From positions 1 through 11,602 of the forward strand of contig JBDRJQ010000031.1 in assembly GCA_043814765.1 (NCBI GenBank): 11,602 bases of DNA. The letters run 5' to 3'. A model generated the notes under the pieces. That model was not told the DNA's origin. It did no database searches and saw nothing but the letters and a program-made list of their open reading frames with translations. Origin of the DNA: Nanobdellota archaeon (GTDB taxonomy: Archaea; Aenigmatarchaeota; Aenigmatarchaeia; QMZP01). The translations under genes were made by a program, and so were the position numbers. Shown here one piece after another: positions 1-6,987 of this stretch (the first letter of the stretch is position 1; every line of letters starts with the position of its first letter).

Positions 1-186
1 TTCATCCGCGTAATTAATGACACTGGAACATTCGACACAGCCTTCATCTACCATAACGGCCAGCTCATCGCAAGGCAGGAAGGCGATGGGGCCAAGTTCT
101 TCTACCACCCAGACCACCTCGGTTCAACAAGTATCGTCACGGATGAAAACGGATACATAGTTTAAGAGCATATTTATAAACCATAA
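1..186 (+). pseudogene. Decayed fragment of an RHS/YD-repeat protein (start of the RHS repeat-associated core); 5' part lies outside the window
   Basis: Not in the ORF track. Frame +1 reads FIRVINDTGTFDTAFIYHNGQLIARQEGDGAKFFYHPDHLGSTSIVTDENGYIV*EHIYKP*. YHPDHLGSTSIVTDENG is the RHS core signature. The G-x7-Y-x-P-(Y/F) spacing is kept across two TAA stops (163-165, 184-186). About 51% GC over nt 1-150 by hand count, visibly higher than the neighbouring gene. Confidence 0.85.
173..180 (+). promoter_or_regulatory. Putative archaeal TATA box (TTTATAAA) for the 208..1506 gene
   Basis: TTTATAAA ends 28 nt before the GTG at 208, the spacing expected for a leaderless or short-leader archaeal transcript. 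Confidence 0.45.
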
Positions 187-207
187 AACCAAGAATTCAA
201 CAAAAGG

Positions 208-1506
208 GTGAGTGTTATAGAGGCAAAAACCTCAGGTTTAAGGAAATTATTTATCAGTTCACGTTTTATTATACCAACTCTTTTGATTCTTGTTGTGATT
301 GTTGCGGTGGTTTTTTCCCTGCCTAATAATTTTACCGGTGATGTTGTTTTTAACTCTGTTAATGAATTGTCTTTTTTAAATGAACAGGATTCAGATCAAA
401 CAGAAGTAGTAGAACACCACTCACAACCAACAAAGATGTCCTTACAGGGCAAGGCAACTGATTCTGGAGGAAGCCCTGTAATTGATGGTGATTTACAGGT
501 AAAGGTAAGTACTGAGAATTCTTGTTTGATTGGAGTTTTCTTTGATCACACATACACTGATATAATACAAAACGGTATATTCGACCTTACGCTCGGAGAT
601 ACATATACACTCAACCTCGATTTTAATGACGATTATTATATGTGCCTTTATGTTAATACAGAACTTGTCAGTGGCCCTTCAGTTTTTAGAGGAGGTCAGG
701 GAGAAGTTCATCTGGATGATGTAAGTCATGATTTAGTGGATTTCTTTGTTAACGTGTCCGGAGATGTGATGACAGGTAATTTGAACATGAATGACAATTC
801 TATATTATATCCAAATGGGACGTCACAGTTTGATGGTATTACTTTGTATATAGATTCTGCTAATGACAAAATTGGTGTTGGTTTAACATCACCAACTAGA
901 AAACTAGATGTAAATGGAACTATTCGCACAGCATCTTATTATGATGTATATGATATCAGTACCAGCAATATACTAGGATATCTAGGCAAAGGTTCGAGCT
1001 TGATTGGAGCAGGCGTCAATGATAATGCTGTTGTGTTGCGGTTTGAGAACGAACTAGAGATTTCAAAGGGCTCAAGCAGAAGGGCTATTTTTGCATGGAA
1101 TTATTTTAGTCCAGTCAATGATAAGGGAATGGATCTGGGCATAAGCGGAACAGTATGGGATGATATATATTTTGATGATCTTTATAATGAAGGCTCAGCC
1201 GCCTTTACGGACAGAAATGTTACTGAAGAGATAATCGATTATCCGCCAAAAGAGAAAGAACAAGATACATATCATTATAAAAATGATAAAGGTCTTGTGG
1301 AACTTGATCCAACATCCCTTCCGGATGCTTTGTATGATACTGATGAAAACACCAGCATTAGCAGTATACTCACAGATGAAGTAGTGATTTACAACTACAA
1401 AGCTAATTATGAACAACAGCTTCAAATAAACGAGTTGGAAAAGCAAATAGAGGATCTTAAAGAGGCATTGTGTGCTTATCATCCTGAAGATAATTTATGC
1501 AAATAA
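208..1506 (+). CDS. Membrane-anchored surface protein, tail-fibre/adhesin-like, with C-terminal coiled coil (possible degenerate S74-type chaperone region)
   Basis: 432-aa ORF with an N-terminal TM helix (FIIPTLLILVVIVAVVFSL). It has the LQGKATDSGGSP...NGIFDLTLG module seen at the N-terminus of CPR/DPANN 'tail fiber domain' proteins, VNVSGDVMTGNLNM and IGVGLTSPTRKLDVNGTI fibre-type motifs, and a DLGISGTVWDDIY motif. It ends in a heptad coiled coil QQLQINELEKQIEDLKEALC...C. The GTG start is uncertain. Confidence 0.7.
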   Translation: MSVIEAKTSGLRKLFISSRFIIPTLLILVVIVAVVFSLPNNFTGDVVFNSVNELSFLNEQDSDQTEVVEHHSQPTKMSLQGKATDSGGSPVIDGDLQVKVSTENSCLIGVFFDHTYTDIIQNGIFDLTLGDTYTLNLDFNDDYYMCLYVNTELVSGPSVFRGGQGEVHLDDVSHDLVDFFVNVSGDVMTGNLNMNDNSILYPNGTSQFDGITLYIDSANDKIGVGLTSPTRKLDVNGTIRTASYYDVYDISTSNILGYLGKGSSLIGAGVNDNAVVLRFENELEISKGSSRRAIFAWNYFSPVNDKGMDLGISGTVWDDIYFDDLYNEGSAAFTDRNVTEEIIDYPPKEKEQDTYHYKNDKGLVELDPTSLPDALYDTDENTSISSILTDEVVIYNYKANYEQQLQINELEKQIEDLKEALCAYHPEDNLCK

Positions 1507-1582
1507 TATAACCAAAACTCACTGCATAACGAGTGGGAGAATGCCTGTGTGCCTATTTTAAGTTTATTTCTGATTATTTATC

Positions 1583-1957
1583 ATGGTCTCTGATAGAAGA
1601 GTTTTGATTATACATAGAAGACCAGGCCTTTTAAGAGGAAACCTTTTCAAAGATTTAAAAAGTAATTATCAGCTATCCCAGGTTACGCCATGCGTTTTCT
1701 ACGATAATCCTGCATTTTACCTAGGAGACTACGAAACCAGAAGAATTCCAGGAAGCGATATTGAAGCCGGGATGCTGAACAGACCATATTATATTCTAGC
1801 CTCAGAATTAGACATTGATTCATTAAAAGCTATTATTGAATCACACGGTTATGCTGAAAAAAACTCTATTGAAAAATCAGACAATAAAGAGGGCTCTATT
1901 GAGATTCCTAGACTGTTTAAGGTATTCAAACAAGACAACTTTGCATTACCATTGTAG
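1583..1957 (+). CDS. Hypothetical protein
   Basis: 124-aa ATG ORF filling the gap between two + strand genes; no recognisable motif. Confidence 0.65.
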   Translation: MVSDRRVLIIHRRPGLLRGNLFKDLKSNYQLSQVTPCVFYDNPAFYLGDYETRRIPGSDIEAGMLNRPYYILASELDIDSLKAIIESHGYAEKNSIEKSDNKEGSIEIPRLFKVFKQDNFALPL

Positions 1958-2014
1958 TGCTTTTGAAGCAAAAATGCGCGATAGGTTTAAAAAAGTTATT
2001 ATCTATTAAATGGT

Positions 2015-4210
2015 ATGAAAAAACAATTTTACTCTTTAATACTATCAGTTGTATTTATTTTTTTACTTTCTTTAAGCACGGCACAATATGTAGTAGCCAC
2101 TCCAGAAATAGGAATTGGCTTGGATCCAGTCCAGATGTCAACATGCCCTGACAGGGTTCTTACTGCAAATGATGTTGACGTAGAAATTCAGAACCTTGGA
2201 GATGCAACAAGAACATTCACTGTTAAGATAAACTGTAACGGGTGGGTTTGCAGCTCATTCCATGAATATGTAAACAAAAACCTTGTTCTAATGTCAGGCG
2301 AGAAAAAAACAGTTGACATACTGTTTATGACACTGCCAGCTAACATGAACCCTGGTATATATGAAATAGAATTCGTAGTTACTGATGTTTCTTCTCTGGA
2401 ATTCGCTACAAGAACGCTTGAGATAGAAATACTAGGATGCTATTCTGTTGATCTAAAAATAGATAATGATAAGCAGAGCGTCTGCTCTGTGGATGCAGAT
2501 GAAATTGTTTACGATATCACTGTTGAAAATACTGGACAAGAGACAGATACCTTCAAGCTTTCAACCCCTGAAATCAACTGGGTTAAGTTTAGGGATATTG
2601 CTACACAAAACTTCGTTACAAATGTGATTTTAGACTCAGGTGAAACAATGGATTTTGAAATGGTAGTAACACCGCCAGAGTTGGGAATCGGAACACATGA
2701 AATTGATGTTAAAGTGGCTTCTACGTCAAATTATGCGCAAGACACTGAAAAGGTTTGGTTTGATATAGAAGAATGTTATGGTTTTTCTGTTAGCATAGAG
2801 CCTGAAGCAAATGATGCCTGCACTGGAAGACCCGCCGAGTATCTGTTAACCATACAGAACACAGGGCAAACAGAAGACAGATATTTGATAAACGCTCCTA
2901 ATTGGGTAGAACTGCAAGAGGTTGACGTAACAGTAGCAGCCGGACAGTCAGTGAGCATATCATTGGCAGCAACTCCTTCGCAGGAAGGAACAACTGAGTT
3001 TGAAATAACAGTCAACTCAGCTAACGATCCAGACTCAACAAAGAGTGTAACAGCATCTGTAACCAGCGAGCCTTGCAGAGGAGCATCTGTCGAAGTGTCT
3101 CCTGCAGAACAGTCTGTATGCGGCGGGGATACCACAAATTATGTTGTTAAAATCAAAAACTTGGGAACAGAGAGCGATACATTCACTCTTGAAACAAGCC
3201 ATGGTGTGCTTGAGAATGAAGTTGTAACAATAAGCTCTCTTGAAACAAAGCTTGTTGATCTGGTGGTTGATACAGCAGGAATCACAGGAACAGAAACTGT
3301 CACTGTTACTGTTAAAGGCATAGATGTAGAAAAGATAGGAACAGCTGACTTGATAGTGGATGAGTGCTACACTACTTTGTTCACTGTGGATCCAGAGATA
3401 AACACTGGATGCGCCTGTTCAGAAGTAAGCTACACATTCACTGTAACCAACACAGGAAAGAACCCAGACACCTACACGCTTCAGTTTGAAGACATGGTAA
3501 AGAGTTTTGATCTGGAAGCAGGAGAGACCAAGGAAGTTGCTTTTGACTACGCTGTTGATTGCGAACTAACAGATGTTCACCTGCTCTCTGCAGCACTGAC
3601 ATCAGAAGGCGGTGTTTCAGAGGCTATAGAAATAGGCTTGAACGTGCTAGCAAAAGACGCATGTTATTCTGTTGAACTGACAAGAATTGACGGAGATGAA
3701 GTAATAGAAGTGGTAGACGGCGGAGACGCTAAAGGAAAAGGTGTTGTCTTATTGCTAAAGAACAACGGGGAATTCCTTTCAGATTTTGATGTAGGAATAG
3801 AAGGACCTGATTGGGTATACATAGAGCCAATAGAGGCTTCATTAGATACAGGTGAGGAAGTAAACCTGTACGTTTATGTGGCTCCTCTTTACGGCACAGA
3901 AGCAGGCCTGTACACAGCAAAAATAACTGTTGACTCATTCAACGCTCATGCAGAAGTAGAGCTGAACATGAATGTTTTATCAGATTTTGTTCCTGATGAA
4001 ACAGTTGATGTTACAGAAAATGAGAGTGCAGACGACTCTGTCCTTGAAATCAATACAAGCTTCGGTGATGATGTAACAGGCGAAGTTGTTGGCGGCGAAG
4101 ACGCAGAGACAGAAGAAATACCTTTCTGGAAAACACTAACAATCGGAGTAATAACATTGATAATAATACTGATACTTCTTGCAAGATTCATTCTTCTTAT
4201 GAGGAAGTAG
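2015..4210 (+). CDS. Cell-surface protein with six tandem Ig-like (NEW3/CARDB-like, COG1470-type) modules, signal peptide and C-terminal TM anchor
   Basis: Signal peptide MKKQFYSLILSVVFIFLLSLSTA. Six ~100-aa repeats with an [IVL]xNxG-x3-4-[DT]-x-[FY] motif (IQNLGDATRTF, VENTGQETDTF, IQNTGQTEDRY, IKNLGTESDTF, VTNTGKNPDTY, LKNNGEFLSDF). Acidic linker, then a C-terminal TM helix and MRK tail. Confidence 0.85.
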   Translation: MKKQFYSLILSVVFIFLLSLSTAQYVVATPEIGIGLDPVQMSTCPDRVLTANDVDVEIQNLGDATRTFTVKINCNGWVCSSFHEYVNKNLVLMSGEKKTVDILFMTLPANMNPGIYEIEFVVTDVSSLEFATRTLEIEILGCYSVDLKIDNDKQSVCSVDADEIVYDITVENTGQETDTFKLSTPEINWVKFRDIATQNFVTNVILDSGETMDFEMVVTPPELGIGTHEIDVKVASTSNYAQDTEKVWFDIEECYGFSVSIEPEANDACTGRPAEYLLTIQNTGQTEDRYLINAPNWVELQEVDVTVAAGQSVSISLAATPSQEGTTEFEITVNSANDPDSTKSVTASVTSEPCRGASVEVSPAEQSVCGGDTTNYVVKIKNLGTESDTFTLETSHGVLENEVVTISSLETKLVDLVVDTAGITGTETVTVTVKGIDVEKIGTADLIVDECYTTLFTVDPEINTGCACSEVSYTFTVTNTGKNPDTYTLQFEDMVKSFDLEAGETKEVAFDYAVDCELTDVHLLSAALTSEGGVSEAIEIGLNVLAKDACYSVELTRIDGDEVIEVVDGGDAKGKGVVLLLKNNGEFLSDFDVGIEGPDWVYIEPIEASLDTGEEVNLYVYVAPLYGTEAGLYTAKITVDSFNAHAEVELNMNVLSDFVPDETVDVTENESADDSVLEINTSFGDDVTGEVVGGEDAETEEIPFWKTLTIGVITLIIILILLARFILLMRK

Positions 4211-4211
4211 C

Positions 4212-4436
4212 ATGGTTTTAACCAGCATTCTGGATTACATTGAAAATTTAGGAAGAAATCTTAATAGAAATGATCTTCTGAACAAAGATGTTTATAACAG
4301 TGATGGAGTTTTTTTAGGCAATGTTGAAAGAGTTTTTCTTGCAACAGATGGACACAGCATAAGAATAGAAAATAATGAAGAAATCGGTGAAATTATAGAT
4401 TATAAAGAGCTCAATTCCTATTTTCTGGACATCTAG
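4212..4436 (+). CDS. Small PRC-barrel-like protein
   Basis: 74 aa. DLLNKDVYNSDGVFLGNVERVFL matches the PRC-barrel N-terminal consensus (L.G..V...dG..lG.V.dv). Starts 1 nt after the upstream stop. Confidence 0.65.
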   Translation: MVLTSILDYIENLGRNLNRNDLLNKDVYNSDGVFLGNVERVFLATDGHSIRIENNEEIGEIIDYKELNSYFLDI

Positions 4437-4475
4437 ATATCTTCTTTTCCAAAGATAGCCTGCATATGTATTTAA

Positions 4476-4718
4476 ATGGGATTGTATAAGAAATACGTTA
4501 TGAACAACTACATAAAGCTGGAAGATTTCCTTGAAGAGAACGGCAGACAAGCCTTTAAAGACAGAATGGTTTACAAACCAAATGGAGAAGGTTTTGTAGC
4601 TGTAGGAGCCATCCGTGATTGCATAACAATATGCAATAAGATATTCTATATAGATTTTAAGGACGCAGATGAAGTCGTCAATGAAAAAAATTTAAATAAT
4701 TATTTCATAGGCGTTTAG
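4476..4718 (+). CDS. Small protein paralogous to 4212..4436 (divergent PRC-barrel-like)
   Basis: Aligns by eye with the preceding ORF: LEDFLEENGR/ILDYIENLGR, VYKPNG/VYNSDG, EVVNEKNLNNYF/EIIDYKELNSYF. The true start may be the second Met (MNNYIK). Confidence 0.6.
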   Translation: MGLYKKYVMNNYIKLEDFLEENGRQAFKDRMVYKPNGEGFVAVGAIRDCITICNKIFYIDFKDADEVVNEKNLNNYFIGV

Positions 4719-4745
4719 ATTTTCTTCTTTTCCACAGCAACCCTT

Positions 4746-5330
4746 TCAGTGTAATTGTTTCAAAGGTCTGCACCCCAAAAAGTAACCTTGCTTTCTTTTC
4801 CTCTTCCACAAATAACCAATGCTTATTCCTATAATTGCAGCGAATATTACCAATGCTAATACATGCAGTATTGGCTCTGGCGTGTATGATATGAAGCCTG
4901 TTCCTGTGTCTATTGCCTTGGGAGCAGCTTCTGAAACAAGCGAACCACTTCTGTCTGCTATTGATGATGCCTGCATTGTGCTTGCAGGCATGAAACTTGA
5001 CATGAAACTGAATGTAGTAGCCACTATTGCTATGCCTGAAAGACCTAGAAGAACCCATATCTTTGTATCGTCTCCTTGATTTAGAACCTTTTTGCCTATA
5101 CCAGTGAGCTCATAATACTTCCATTTATGGCCATCGTCGATCTGAACCACTAGACCCGCCTCTGAGAGGCGTTCCAGGTGCTCTTTGATTGTGGAGACGC
5201 TCATCCCTAGCTCCTTAGAGAGCTCGGTTAGCATCTTCCTTCGCTGACCCAGACTCTTGATTATACTAACTCTCGTGTCTGAGGCAAGAACCTTAAAGGT
5301 CTTCTGATCCAGAGTAATTTCATTAGTCAT
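4746..5330 (-). CDS. Membrane-anchored ArsR/SmtB-type winged-helix transcriptional regulator (two C-terminal TM helices)
   Basis: TFKVLASDTRVSIIKSL...LTELSKELGMSVSTIKEHLERLSEAGLV...KWKYYELT is an ArsR-like wHTH, followed by TM1 (IWVLLGLSGIAIVA), a Ser/Ala-rich loop, TM2 (LALVIFAAIIGISIGYLW) and a basic tail. Start moved from GTG 5336 to ATG 5330 because that GTG is part of a GGTGA Shine-Dalgarno sequence. Confidence 0.88.
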   Translation of the reverse strand: MTNEITLDQKTFKVLASDTRVSIIKSLGQRRKMLTELSKELGMSVSTIKEHLERLSEAGLVVQIDDGHKWKYYELTGIGKKVLNQGDDTKIWVLLGLSGIAIVATTFSFMSSFMPASTMQASSIADRSGSLVSEAAPKAIDTGTGFISYTPEPILHVLALVIFAAIIGISIGYLWKRKRKQGYFLGCRPLKQLH

Positions 5331-5358
5331 ATTCACCTATTATATCTTTTGGATTAAA

Positions 5359-5437
5359 TCTAATCTCCTATTATATCGGATTAGAGATTATCTCTTATCC
5401 CATATATTATATGAGATAAGACCTTTTTTAAAAAGGT
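5359..5437. promoter_or_regulatory. Cluster of three dyad-symmetry elements upstream of the ArsR-type gene (putative operators and promoter)
   Basis: TCTAATC-N13-GATTAGA (5359-5385); TCTTATCcCATATA-T-TATATGaGATAAGA (5393-5421, one mismatch); ACCTTTTT-T-AAAAAGGT (5421-5437), which contains a TTTTAAAA TATA-like box. Confidence 0.6.
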
Positions 5438-5551
5438 TTATTAAATAATTACCATTTTTGCATAATTGAAGAAAACTAGGAGTATCACCAAGTAAAGTAT
5501 CCACAGAGCTATGTATGCCTTCATATTAAAAATAAGAAAAAGGAATTACTA

Positions 5552-5860
5552 TTACTTTCGTTTTGTTGCGGTTTTTGCCGAAACCGGACCCCTCTTGAAA
5601 ACCGAATAAGTTAATCCGAATGTTGCTATTGATAACAGCACTATCACGAGTAACAATGATTGTATTATTATTGTTCCTGCTCCTGCTCCAACCGAGTATT
5701 TGCCTATATCGTCACCAGGGTCCACTATACGCATTTGTTCGTCGCCGGGGTCCCAAGGTGCATCTCCTTTAACCATGTTAGAAGCAAACCCCAATACAGA
5801 TATGAATACGATTGCTAATTGGAAAACAAGCAACAGTGCAATTTTGTTATGATGTTTCAT
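5552..5860 (-). CDS. Small two-TM membrane protein with duplicated DPGD motif in the loop
   Basis: 102 aa: hydrophobic helix, loop PWDPGDEQMRIVDPGDDIG, second hydrophobic helix, basic tail. Confidence 0.7.
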   Translation of the reverse strand: MKHHNKIALLLVFQLAIVFISVLGFASNMVKGDAPWDPGDEQMRIVDPGDDIGKYSVGAGAGTIIIQSLLLVIVLLSIATFGLTYSVFKRGPVSAKTATKRK

Positions 5861-5993
5861 ATTATATATTATATCCCGTATAGTTTAAATGTTTATATAT
5901 TGTGATTTTAGTTATTTTATAGTGACAAATACGTAAAGTATTTAAATAGAGGGTTATAATTACTGTATCTTATATAAAAAAACTAAAAGCGAC

Positions 5994-6566
5994 TCACTTC
6001 ACTATGTGAGCCACTGCCACGCCGCCTATTAAACATATTATCAGTTGTTCAAACGCCCATGCGACCAAAAGGCCTGCTGGAAGATTGATTAATAGGAACA
6101 TGCTTAAAATAAACGGAATTCCACCCACTAGGAATACTGCAAAACCGAATGTTAATCCTCTCTTTGTTTTATCACTTCCACCTATGCAACAGGCTAGCAA
6201 TGAGAAAACCAGAGCGAACAAAACGCCTACTATCAATCCAGCTCCCATGGAATACATGAAAAAGCTGGCTGGCGGTGATCCTGCTGCAGGCATCATTATC
6301 TTGCTCCAAACAGGAAAGTATTCTTCAGTCAAATAGTATCCCATTGTAGCAAAAGCTCCAATAGAATGGATTATCTGCGCTATTATTGCAAACACTATGC
6401 CTGCAAGAAGCACCTTAACACCGCTGGCTTTAATAGGAGTGCATTCAGTCTTTGCTGAACTAGGCTTAGACGTAACGTTTCTTGTTTGTAGTTTTTCCAG
6501 AGCTTTTTTTTCTGTCAAAGCTGTTGTTCTAGCGGGCTTTTTCTTTGAAGTCTTTTTTGCAACCAT
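5994..6566 (-). CDS. Four-TM membrane protein (DUF1761-like topology) with Lys-rich N-terminal tail
   Basis: 190 aa. Four hydrophobic helices, with a YFPVWSKIMMP loop after TM1 and GLTFGFAVFL in TM3. Family call is by resemblance only. Confidence 0.75.
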   Translation of the reverse strand: MVAKKTSKKKPARTTALTEKKALEKLQTRNVTSKPSSAKTECTPIKASGVKVLLAGIVFAIIAQIIHSIGAFATMGYYLTEEYFPVWSKIMMPAAGSPPASFFMYSMGAGLIVGVLFALVFSLLACCIGGSDKTKRGLTFGFAVFLVGGIPFILSMFLLINLPAGLLVAWAFEQLIICLIGGVAVAHIVK

Positions 6567-6600
6567 ATTAATATTTTAATAAAGAAACTAATAAAAAGGC

Positions 6601-6987
6601 ATGATACGAGCACTTTTACCCATATTCTTGATTTTTATGCTGGTTTTAGTCTCAGGCTGCACACAAGCTCCTGATGATTTAGGTGATGATGTATACGATG
6701 AAAATTATGTAGAACCCACAATAACACCAATGGAAGACATAGAGTATGTTTGCAAGACTTTATGCCAGGAACAGCTTGACCTGGAAAGGGATATTAGCAA
6801 TGGTCCTTGTTTAGGCAATGATGTAGGAGAGTTGCCAGAAGGTGAGATATGGGTCTGCGATATTGCGCACAATCCAAGACAAGACACAGACAACTTTCCG
6901 GAGAACCAGTGTGAAGATTACGCCGCAGGCATAGCCAAGCATTTCATAGAAGTTGATGAAGACTGCAATGTGATTAGGGCAATATGA
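6601..6987 (+). CDS. Cys-rich lipoprotein of unknown function
   Basis: Signal peptide with lipobox LVSG-C. Mature part has six Cys (CKTLC, GPCL, WVCDIAHNPR, ENQC, EDC) and an HFIEVD motif. Confidence 0.8.
   Translation: MIRALLPIFLIFMLVLVSGCTQAPDDLGDDVYDENYVEPTITPMEDIEYVCKTLCQEQLDLERDISNGPCLGNDVGELPEGEIWVCDIAHNPRQDTDNFPENQCEDYAAGIAKHFIEVDEDCNVIRAI

Noticed and set aside
163..186. Stop-codon reassignment or readthrough fusing the RHS fragment to the in-frame 208..1506 ORF
   Set aside because: TAA ends several clear genes here (e.g. purO). The two stops would need different amino acids, and the downstream ORF has its own N-terminal TM helix and TATA-like box.
208..1506. Provirus inferred from a tail-fibre-like gene plus an integrase-like gene
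   Set aside because: No capsid, terminase, portal or viral replication genes. The intervening genes are cellular and the fibre-like protein has a membrane anchor.
2776..4191. Minus-strand ORFs inside the 731-aa gene, and other antisense or overlapping ORFs (359..553, 726..929, 1195..1482, 1957..2151, 4314..4550, 4705..5058, 4819..5079, 6085..6336, 6397..6579, 6705..6893, 7647..7880, 9039..9374, 10434..10622, 11115..11312, 11170..11514)
   Set aside because: Shadow ORFs overlapping better-supported genes, with no recognisable motifs.
5336..5421. Roughly 31-36-bp periodic TATTATAT motif as a mini CRISPR array
   Set aside because: Repeats are short and degenerate, there is no repeat-spacer structure and no cas genes; better explained as operator dyads.
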